Shown here one piece after another: positions 10,572 to 17,901 of a stretch of DNA of 57,383 bases. The stretch lies in sequence record SRR20825019_1753; one strand, written 5' to 3'. Every line of letters begins with the position of its first letter. Positions within the stretch are counted from its first letter, which is position 1. Below the pieces are notes generated by a model. It was not told the origin of the DNA, searched no databases, and worked only from the letters and a program-made list of their open reading frames with translations. The position numbers and the translations under genes are program-made.

Positions 10572-11465
10572 ATGGACTGGGACAGGTTACGTATATTTCA
10601 CACCGTTGCGGAAAGTGGCAGCTTTACGAACGCCGGTGCACGTCTCAACTGTAGCCAGTCCGCCGTTAGTCGTCAGATCCGGGCGCTTGAGGAAAGCTTG
10701 AATGTTTCCCTGTTCACCCGGCACGCACGCGGCCTTGTCTTAACACAGGAAGGGCAGGAGCTTTATAACACCGCCCGTGAGGTGGTGCTGCGGATCGAAG
10801 AAACCGAACGCAGCCTGATGGAAAGCCGCGAACGCCCCTCAGGCCTTTTGCGGGTAACAACCATGGTTACCTTTGGTGCCGTGTGGCTGACACCGCACCT
10901 TGAGCAGTTCATGACCGAATATCCGGATATCGATATCAAATTGATTCTTGATGACGCAGACCTCGATCTTTCCGCCGGGGAAGCTGACGTCGCCATCCGG
11001 CTGCACGAGCCGGAACAGGCCGAACTTATCCAGCGCCCGCTCGCTACCTTCCACAGCCACATTTATGCCAGCCCCGAGTATCTCGACGCGCGCGGCACGC
11101 CCATCACAACCGATGATCTCGATAACCACGACCTGATCACTTTCGGCATCAGCAACGTGCCCACTATTCGTGGCCTCAACTGGCTACTGACGGTTGGCAC
11201 ACCGCGTAAAAGCCGCGTACCGCGCCTGCAGGTCAACAACCTTTATGGTGTGATGCACGCTGTTGAAGCTGGCATGGGTATTGCCGTACTGCCCGACTAT
11301 CTGGTGCACAACAGGCAAAACCTTGTGCGGGTATTGCCCAAGGCAGAAGGCACGCCGTTCAACGCTTATTATTGTTATGCGCCGGAGCTCAGGGGCTCCC
11401 TTCGCGTGGCTTTGTTCCGCGACTTTATGGTCAGGCAGATCAGAGCAGAGAGCAATATTCTTTAA
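10572..11465 (+). CDS. LysR-family regulator, LsrB/VtlR-like
   Basis: MDWDRLRIFHTVAESGSFT...SQSAVSRQIRALE...LFTRHARGLVLT, the N-terminus typical of the trxB-linked alphaproteobacterial LysR; GGAG RBS before ATG 10572. Confidence 0.9.
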   Translation: MDWDRLRIFHTVAESGSFTNAGARLNCSQSAVSRQIRALEESLNVSLFTRHARGLVLTQEGQELYNTAREVVLRIEETERSLMESRERPSGLLRVTTMVTFGAVWLTPHLEQFMTEYPDIDIKLILDDADLDLSAGEADVAIRLHEPEQAELIQRPLATFHSHIYASPEYLDARGTPITTDDLDNHDLITFGISNVPTIRGLNWLLTVGTPRKSRVPRLQVNNLYGVMHAVEAGMGIAVLPDYLVHNRQNLVRVLPKAEGTPFNAYYCYAPELRGSLRVALFRDFMVRQIRAESNIL

Positions 11466-11494
11466 GGGTTTAGCCTATTGGCGAACCTTATCGC

Positions 11495-13201
11495 CTACTG
11501 GCAAGCTTCATCACCCGCTTTAATCGTACTTGCCTTGCTGATCAGGTCACCCTCTTCAAGCGCAAACGCCGCCTCCAGGCCTTTGGTCACACGGCCAAAC
11601 ACCGTATAGCGCCCGTTCAGGTGTATGTTATAGGCTGTGTTGATGAAGAACTGCGTGCCGCCGGTGTCGCGCCCCGCTGTTGCCACACCCACGGTGCCGA
11701 TCTGATGATTGCTTTCAAACCATTCCTCACGGATGCTGCCCCACTTGTTAATCTCAGGGTCTTCCGTTTGCCCGGCTTGGGCCACAAAGTTCGGGATAAC
11801 CCGGTGCCACAACATCCCATCCATGCGGCCAGCATCAGCGAGCAGCATGAAATTCGCCGCCGCATAAGGCGCCGATGACGACGGCGCGACACATATGGTG
11901 CCGCGCGTGGTTTCAAGGACCAGCTCACGCTTCTGATAGCTCACCACCAACTTGATTGAAGGGGTTTCGCGCGGCGCTGTTATCGCTTCAATTGATGGGT
12001 CAAGCGCTATCGCGGCCTCACGCCCGCGGTTGGTTTCCGGGTTTGCATCCGCATAAGCCTGAAGCACGGCTTTGCCCTCGTCCGACCGGCTCAGCACCGA
12101 CATCGCCTTGAAAGCCTTGTAATAGTCTTCACGCCGAAGCCATATTCTTGCGAACCTGATCGCCTCACCTTCAGAATGAGCATAAAGACTTTCAAGTGCG
12201 GTTGTGGCCAACCAACTGTTTTGGTCCCCCAATGTTTCCTTGAGCTTTTTCACCACGATTGCAGCGCCCGCATTTCGGCCGCCAAGTGCTGTGAGCGCAA
12301 CCTGACGGGTATGGTCTTCACCCCGGCCAGCAGCCCTCACCAGAGATTTCATCGTCTCCGGGTCTGACAGATACCCCATGGCGCGCAGGGCCGCGAGCTT
12401 GACCGGCATCTCTTCGCTCCCGGCAAGCGCCTGCAGTGTTTCAGCCGCAGGATCACCAAATTGCCGCAACACTCGCACCAGCAGGGTGCGCACAATCACA
12501 TTGTCGGCCTTACTGATAGCCTGCTCAACGGCGCTTTGCTCCAACACGGTGCTGAGCTCGGTAAATCTTGTAAGCAGATAGGCGGCAGCTTCAGCCGTAC
12601 CCATCTCACCTGTTAACGCCAGAAGATTCGTGAAGTCGAGCCCGTCTATATCACCTGCCGCCATCTGGTCATAAACAACCGACTGCAGGAGCCCGAACAG
12701 AGGCATCGTTCGCGGGTTGTCCGGATAGCCCACATTAAACGGGCTACCCGGCTTTATCGCGTTCACTTTCTCAACCAGCAGCTTGCGCGCCGCTGGCCCA
12801 CCGGAAAAACCGAGCGCAGGGTATAGGTAGTCGTCCCCTGCCGTTGCTGGAAGTGCTTCGGGGAACGCTAGCAAGGCATCGCTTAGCTCTGTATCGTGGC
12901 AAAGCATAGCGCCTTTGCGCGCTGCGGCCCGAGCATGAACATCTTGGGCTGTAAGATAGGGGGCTAGTTTGGCGCAGGCTTCGCCACCGATTTGCCCTAG
13001 ATATACAAGCGCCTGATAGTTTTCGCGCGCTAAGGCGTCATCAAACACCTGATTCAATGCGTCACGGGCATCGGTTGCAGCCAGCATTTCGGCATTCAAA
13101 CCGTTAAATTTGTTAACTTCATCATTTTTTTGCCACGCCAAAATAGGCGCTGCATTGGAAAAAGTTAACAAGCCGGCAACAGCTGCGTGCTTGAGTTTCA
13201 T
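11495..13201 (-). CDS. Exported HEAT-repeat protein with C-terminal cyclophilin-type PPIase domain
   Basis: Signal peptide; helical HEAT-like repeats; HRVIPNFVAQAG, GRDTGGTQFFI, HLNGRYTVFGRV. Confidence 0.85.
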   Translation of the reverse strand: MKLKHAAVAGLLTFSNAAPILAWQKNDEVNKFNGLNAEMLAATDARDALNQVFDDALARENYQALVYLGQIGGEACAKLAPYLTAQDVHARAAARKGAMLCHDTELSDALLAFPEALPATAGDDYLYPALGFSGGPAARKLLVEKVNAIKPGSPFNVGYPDNPRTMPLFGLLQSVVYDQMAAGDIDGLDFTNLLALTGEMGTAEAAAYLLTRFTELSTVLEQSAVEQAISKADNVIVRTLLVRVLRQFGDPAAETLQALAGSEEMPVKLAALRAMGYLSDPETMKSLVRAAGRGEDHTRQVALTALGGRNAGAAIVVKKLKETLGDQNSWLATTALESLYAHSEGEAIRFARIWLRREDYYKAFKAMSVLSRSDEGKAVLQAYADANPETNRGREAAIALDPSIEAITAPRETPSIKLVVSYQKRELVLETTRGTICVAPSSSAPYAAANFMLLADAGRMDGMLWHRVIPNFVAQAGQTEDPEINKWGSIREEWFESNHQIGTVGVATAGRDTGGTQFFINTAYNIHLNGRYTVFGRVTKGLEAAFALEEGDLISKASTIKAGDEACQ

Positions 13202-13317
13202 GGCAAAGTCCCCCGCTAATTACCTGTAGATTATAGCCTTTTTTAGTCAGCCTTGCTGTACTATTTTTTCTGGTGACCAGAGCTATTCGTTAATCAAACG
13301 CACTCAAACTGTAAGCC

Positions 13318-13341
13318 ATGCAAAAAACGCATACCTGCCAA
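13318..13341 (+). promoter_or_regulatory. LysR-type box ATGC-N7-GCAT, overlapping GCAT-N3-TG
   Basis: ATGCAAAAAACGCATACCTG: T-N11-A dyad lying 45-60 bp upstream of a CATATA -10-like element (13377-13382). Confidence 0.6.
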
Positions 13342-13390
13342 GACAGAAAAATGGGTTTTCTATTAGGCTTCCCAAACATATATAAACCTC

Positions 13391-13551
13391 ACCGCCAACG
13401 AGCACGGGCTTTGATCACTCCCCCCGATCTCCCCCCAAGCCAAGGCTCCGCGGCGACGTGTTTTTGAGTTTGACGGAATTCCGTCATAAAGGTCGATCCC
13501 GGGTTTCCTCCCCCCTCCCCCACTTCCCCCCGGGATCGACCCTTTTACTTT
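13391..13551 (+). ncRNA. Candidate sRNA with two C-rich-loop hairpins
   Basis: GGGCTTTG/CAAGGCTC stem around 2x CTCCCCCC; palindrome TGACGGAATTCCGTCA; 13-bp stem GGTCGATCCCGGG/CCCGGGATCGACC around a 25-nt TTTCCTCCCC... loop, then CTTTTACTTT; ends approximate. Confidence 0.6.
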
Positions 13552-13552
13552 C

Positions 13553-13637
13553 GTCTCTTGAGTGAGACACGATGAACCTCCCTATGTTGACAAACTTTTT
13601 ATAAAGGCTCCGGCGTATTTGCCGGGGCCTCTTTTTT
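13553..13637 (+). ncRNA. Candidate sRNA or 3' domain (suhB/MmgR-like layout)
   Basis: GTCTC/GAGAC hairpin, single-stranded AACCTCCCT, then a strong terminator. Confidence 0.45.
13603..13637 (+). terminator. Intrinsic terminator with no upstream + strand CDS
   Basis: GGCTCCGGC-GTATTT-GCCGGGGCC followed by TCTTTTTT. Confidence 0.8.
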
Positions 13638-13824
13638 CTATGCGCCTTATAACCGTCAATACAAGTTGACAAAGTTTGATGCAGGTTGCCACCATACCGA
13701 TTATCGCAAAGTGCCAGTTGCTGAGCATTGGCACCGGCATATAGGGGCCCATCATGAAATCACACTTGACCGCGATTGCCGCACGCACCGCGTCCCTTCT
13801 GCGCTGAGAGCCGCATAAACCCAC

Positions 13825-14691
13825 ATGATCAAATCTCTCGTCATATACGGTCTCTTTATAGTTAATTTTTTATTAACTATAAGCAGTACTTCAGCCGCAG
13901 CGGATTTCCACCTGCCGCTCTACGATTCGGATGACAAATATTTCGCTGACGTTCTGCGCCTTGCCTTGAAAGCGGAAGGCGGAAAGCACGAACTTATCAT
14001 TCACGACCACACCGTCGGCCAACTGCGAACCATGCGGGAACTGGAAGAAGGCAAGTTCAATATCTTCTATACAGGTTACTCACGCGAGCGGGAGCAAACC
14101 TTCATCCAGATCAATATACCTCTGGCGCGAGGCCTGCTGGGTTACCGAGTCCTTGCCATTCGTCAGGTGAGTGAAGACCTGATACGCCAGTTGCACGGCT
14201 TCGAGGCGTTCAAATCTGTCGTCACCCTTGGCGCAAACGCGTCCTGGCCAGATACCGGGATTATGCAAAGCGCGGGTCTGCAGGTGATCACAGCCCCCAC
14301 CGACGCCTTATGGCCCATGCTGAAACGCGGGCGCTTTTTGGCGTTCCCGAGATCTATCATTGAGGTGAAACCGGAGCTTGAGCGCTTCGACACGGACGCG
14401 AACAACCCACTGATCATCGCGCCCGATGTCATGCTGGCATACAGATACGATACGTTCTTCTATGTCGCCAAAGGCCGCGATGATCTGGCGCGGATCGTTG
14501 AAGACGGATTAAAAGCCGCGTATGAGGATGGAAGCTTCATGGCGCATTTCAATGCCGATCCCAACATGGCCTACGCGATCAGGCAGTTGAAAGACCATCC
14601 TAGAAAAATTCACTGGATCAACATGCCTGACATGAGCGAAACTACCCACACCATCCCCGAAAAATACTGGCACGACCCGGCTGTCAACTAA
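13825..14691 (+). CDS. Orphan periplasmic solute-binding protein (family 3-like)
   Basis: Signal peptide; SREREQ..IQINIPLARGLLGYR, WPDTGIM, MLKRGRFLAFPR, DGSFMAHF motifs. Confidence 0.75.
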   Translation: MIKSLVIYGLFIVNFLLTISSTSAAADFHLPLYDSDDKYFADVLRLALKAEGGKHELIIHDHTVGQLRTMRELEEGKFNIFYTGYSREREQTFIQINIPLARGLLGYRVLAIRQVSEDLIRQLHGFEAFKSVVTLGANASWPDTGIMQSAGLQVITAPTDALWPMLKRGRFLAFPRSIIEVKPELERFDTDANNPLIIAPDVMLAYRYDTFFYVAKGRDDLARIVEDGLKAAYEDGSFMAHFNADPNMAYAIRQLKDHPRKIHWINMPDMSETTHTIPEKYWHDPAVN

Positions 14692-14713
14692 CCACCGAAC
14701 TCTCACAACAACG

Positions 14714-14742
14714 AAAAAGGGGCGAAGCGACTGCTTCACCCC
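14714..14742 (-). terminator. Intrinsic terminator downstream of the YbjN-family gene
   Basis: Minus strand GGGGTGAAGC-AGTC-GCTTCGCCCC-TTTTT. Confidence 0.7.
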
Positions 14743-14791
14743 ATGGTACACCGTCCGCGGCAGTGCAGGTCCTATTTTTGCAGTTTCGTCC

Positions 14792-15304
14792 TTAAGCGGT
14801 ACCTGCACACTCCAGCATCGCGGCGTCAATCGCCTGCTCCGGTGTCTGGCCGCCCCACATCACAAACTGAAACACAGGATAGAAACGCTCGCACTCGCCA
14901 AGGGCGGTCTCGACCATCGTGTTCATATGCTCTTCGCCAATCACCCCCAGAAGCGGGTCGTTGGCAAGGCTTGCGTGCCGATAAAGCAGCGCGTCTTCTT
15001 CAGCCCAATATTCAAAATGGCCTATCCACATGCGCTCGTTGATCAGCCCAATGGTGTGATAAATATCGTTACGCCGCCCTTCAGGAACCCGAAGGTCAAA
15101 CAGGCATGCAAACTGGAGGGTTTTGAAATCTTCGCGCCAGAAGACACGGAATTGCAGATCAGTGTATTGACCTGAGATGAACATGGTCAGCTCATCGTCG
15201 CCGTGACGTTCGACGCCCCATTCATTGGCGCCAGCGAGTTCTTCTGCAAGATCAACCGGATTTTGGCTCAGAACTTCAGAATGCCCGGTGTTCAGTGTCG
15301 TCAT
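14792..15304 (-). CDS. YbjN-domain protein (alphaproteobacterial conserved)
   Basis: NPVDLAE, LQFACLFD, INERMWIGHF, ECERFYPVFQFVMWGG motifs; usual position next to ubiK-lgt. Confidence 0.88.
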   Translation of the reverse strand: MTTLNTGHSEVLSQNPVDLAEELAGANEWGVERHGDDELTMFISGQYTDLQFRVFWREDFKTLQFACLFDLRVPEGRRNDIYHTIGLINERMWIGHFEYWAEEDALLYRHASLANDPLLGVIGEEHMNTMVETALGECERFYPVFQFVMWGGQTPEQAIDAAMLECAGTA

Positions 15305-15395
15305 CTCGTTTCCCCCTGGAGATGAGGCCGCCGGGCTAAAGCTTGACCGACGAACTCAGGTTTCGCCGGTTAGCGTTGTCGTCTTAATACCAGAA

Positions 15396-15442
15396 TCACG
15401 AAATCTGGCTCCCTTAATCTGACTTAACACTATATGTAGCGT
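15396..15442. promoter_or_regulatory. Tandem NrdR-box-like sites
   Basis: TCACGAAATCTGGCTC (15396-15411) and ACACTATATGTAGCGT (15427-15442); both carry the C-x-A-x-A-T-x-T-x-G core; 31-bp period. Confidence 0.5.
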
Positions 15443-15620
15443 GCCAAAGCGAGGACTCGCTGGCAAGGAAGAATTCGGCGTTTGAGGTATTTTTTTGTGG
15501 AAAACTTTGCGCGGCACCGTTCTGGTTTACTGATTAGTCCCTTTCAGACAGCACCTTAGATTCCACTCTTCACCCAAAAAATGGCCTTCACCATATACGC
15601 AAGATAATTGCGTATAAGCG

Positions 15621-15872
15621 TTATTTTTTTGCCTTTTTGGCTTTCAGAAGATCGATTTCGGCGCGAAGGTCTTCATTTTCAAGGCGCGCTTTTTCTGCCA
15701 TATCCCGAACAACTTCAAATTCTTCGCGGCTGACAAGGTCAAGCCCGGCGAGCTGACGGTCAAGCCATGCCCGGAAATGAGCTTCCATTTCGCCTTTTAC
15801 ACTGTGCGCAGCACCCGCCGCACCAGTGGCCAACTTGGCCATATCGTCGAAGAATTTGTTACTTGTCTGCAT
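15621..15872 (-). CDS. UbiK/BMFP-family accessory factor
   Basis: FFDDMAKL...LDLVSREEFEVVRDMAEKARLENE coiled-coil signature; divergent from lgt. Confidence 0.9.
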   Translation of the reverse strand: MQTSNKFFDDMAKLATGAAGAAHSVKGEMEAHFRAWLDRQLAGLDLVSREEFEVVRDMAEKARLENEDLRAEIDLLKAKKAKK

Positions 15873-15901
15873 GGTCTCGTATCCTTGTTATGGTGCCTTT
15901 G

Positions 15902-15929
15902 ATATGGGCGAAACTCATGATGATTGCAA
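15902..15929 (-). promoter_or_regulatory. Possible sigma32-like promoter for the ubiK-family gene
   Basis: Minus strand TTGCAA-N15-CCCATAT. Confidence 0.35.
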
Positions 15930-16012
15930 TGGGCGAGTTGCCGCAGGCCGTGATCGCTTGACAGGAGAGCCTAGCCGGGGATGATGTCCTCAAACAATGA
16001 TAGGGATACAAC

Positions 16013-16840
16013 ATGAGCCTAGCAGGCATCCTGGGCGTGATCGCCTACCCGGAAATTGACCCAATCCTTATTGAGCTCGGCCCGCTGGCCATCCGCTGGT
16101 ACAGCCTTGCTTATATCGGCGGTATTCTATTTGGCTGGTGGTACATTCGTCGCCTGACGGCAAGGCCACGCGCACCTATGTCACCCGCTCATATTGATGA
16201 TTTCATCACATGGGCAATTATCGGTGTCATCGCAGGTGGCCGGCTCGGCTATGTGCTCTTTTATAATCTGCCTGCCTATATCGCAGACCCTCTCGCCATA
16301 TTCCGGTTGTGGGACGGAGGCATGTCATTCCACGGCGGTGCACTGGGCGTCGTGTTGGCGGTCATTTTCTTCTGTCGCAAACATGGGCTTGATCTCATGC
16401 GGGTTGCAGATATCGTCGCGGTTGTGTCACCCATCGGGCTATTCGCTGGGCGACTTGCCAACTTTATCAATGGTGAGTTGTGGGGCCGACCAACGGACGT
16501 GCCATGGGCCATGGTTTTCCCGCACGATCCGTTCGCTTTACCGAGGCACCCCAGCCAGCTTTATGAGGCGCTAGGAGAAGGTTTACTGCTTTTTCTGCTG
16601 CTGCTGTTCCTCTATCACAAAACCGCCCTTGCCAAAAAGGCGCCAGGCGTCATCGCGGGCGTCTTCTTTATTGGCTACGGCATTGCTCGTATTCTGGTCG
16701 AGTTTGTGAGGGAGCCTGACGCACACTTAGGGCTAACAGCGGGTATTTCGCGTGGACAAATGCTGAGCGTGCCGATGTTCGCACTGGCCGCGTGGCTTAT
16801 CTATAAAGGAATTTCCCGCGCACGACAGGCTGGGCAATGA
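16013..16840 (+). CDS. lgt: Prolipoprotein diacylglyceryl transferase
   Basis: IRWYSLAY, GGRLGYVLFY, GGMSFHGG, GRLANFINGELWGR, RHPSQLYE, VEFVREPD. Confidence 0.97.
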   Translation: MSLAGILGVIAYPEIDPILIELGPLAIRWYSLAYIGGILFGWWYIRRLTARPRAPMSPAHIDDFITWAIIGVIAGGRLGYVLFYNLPAYIADPLAIFRLWDGGMSFHGGALGVVLAVIFFCRKHGLDLMRVADIVAVVSPIGLFAGRLANFINGELWGRPTDVPWAMVFPHDPFALPRHPSQLYEALGEGLLLFLLLLFLYHKTALAKKAPGVIAGVFFIGYGIARILVEFVREPDAHLGLTAGISRGQMLSVPMFALAAWLIYKGISRARQAGQ

Positions 16841-17901
16841 CGCCGCTCAAAGACCTGATCATCAAACGTATCAAGGCGACGGGCCCCATCAGCATAGCCG
16901 ATTATATGGCCGAATGTTTGATGCATCCGGAGCATGGCTACTATCAGCAAGAGCGTGTTTTTGGCGTGGACGGCGACTTTATCACGGCGCCCGAAGTCAG
17001 TCAGATGTTCGGCGAAGTTCTTGGACTTTGGTGCGTGGACCGTTGGATAGCCATGGGAAAGCCGCCCGCGTTTCAGCTTATTGAGCTAGGCCCCGGTCGT
17101 GGCACCTTGATGGCTGATATACTGAGGGCCGCAAACTCCGTTCAGGGTTTCCAGTCTGCGGCCCAAGTTCATTTTGTGGAAGCCAGCCTGCAGTTGCGCG
17201 CGTTGCAGAAAACCAAGGTACATAATGCGCGCTGGCACGATACGCTGGGCCAGATACCCCTCGGCCCCACTATCATTGTCGCTAACGAATTTTTTGATGC
17301 TCTGCCCATTCATCAATTTGAAAAGCAGGACGGAAAATGGCTTGAGCGTGCAATCGCCAGCAACGACGACAGGCTTATCCCCGCGCTTACACCTGCAGGC
17401 CCGATCGCAGCCATGCTGCAAGATACCATGCAAACACAGCCAGATGGAGCGATCGCAGAAATATGCCCGGCGGCGCTGTCTGTGATGGGTGAGATAGCGC
17501 ATCGCGCCTCCGCCCACCGGTGCGCAGCCCTTGTTCTGGATTATGGCTACGTCACGTCTGCGTCCGGCGACACATTTCAAGCCCTGAAGGCGCACAAATA
17601 TGTGGACCCACTAGCCGAGCCTGGCAAAGCCGACCTCACTGCCCATGTTGCGTTTGACCAGTTGGCTCAAGCAGCGACAGAAAAAGGCGCCGCGGCCTTC
17701 GGCCCCGTTGAACAGGGCTCATTCCTGATGAGCATCGGTATCGGTGCCCGTGCGCAGCAACTCGCCACCAATCAGGATGCGGCAAAACAGTCAGGCATTT
17801 TATCCGAGCTAAAACGCCTCACCGCACCAGAAGAAATGGGCCAGCTGTTCAAGGTGCTGGCCCTGCAATCTCCTAAGCTTTCGGCTCCGCCCGGGTTTTA
17901 G
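16837..17901 (+). CDS. SAM-dependent methyltransferase, MidA/NDUFAF7 family
   Basis: GYY, DFITAPEVSQMFGE, ELGPGRGTLM, ANEFFDALP, DYG, ADLTAHV, MGQLFKV; 4-bp overlap with lgt. Confidence 0.95.
   Translation: MTPLKDLIIKRIKATGPISIADYMAECLMHPEHGYYQQERVFGVDGDFITAPEVSQMFGEVLGLWCVDRWIAMGKPPAFQLIELGPGRGTLMADILRAANSVQGFQSAAQVHFVEASLQLRALQKTKVHNARWHDTLGQIPLGPTIIVANEFFDALPIHQFEKQDGKWLERAIASNDDRLIPALTPAGPIAAMLQDTMQTQPDGAIAEICPAALSVMGEIAHRASAHRCAALVLDYGYVTSASGDTFQALKAHKYVDPLAEPGKADLTAHVAFDQLAQAATEKGAAAFGPVEQGSFLMSIGIGARAQQLATNQDAAKQSGILSELKRLTAPEEMGQLFKVLALQSPKLSAPPGF

Noticed and set aside
13391-13637. Possible CRISPR array, tRNA or G-quadruplex explanation for the C-rich region
   Set aside because: No repeat-spacer periodicity, cas genes or cloverleaf; the C-runs sit in hairpin loops, which fits an sRNA better, although minus-strand G-runs could form a G4 in vitro
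13484-13824. Short minus-strand ORFs (62 and 80 aa) in the sRNA-like gap
   Set aside because: No motifs; they run through hairpins and terminators oriented for the + strand
15414-15428. TTAA-N6-TTAAC as a CtrA site
   Set aside because: Spacer is 6 nt, not 7
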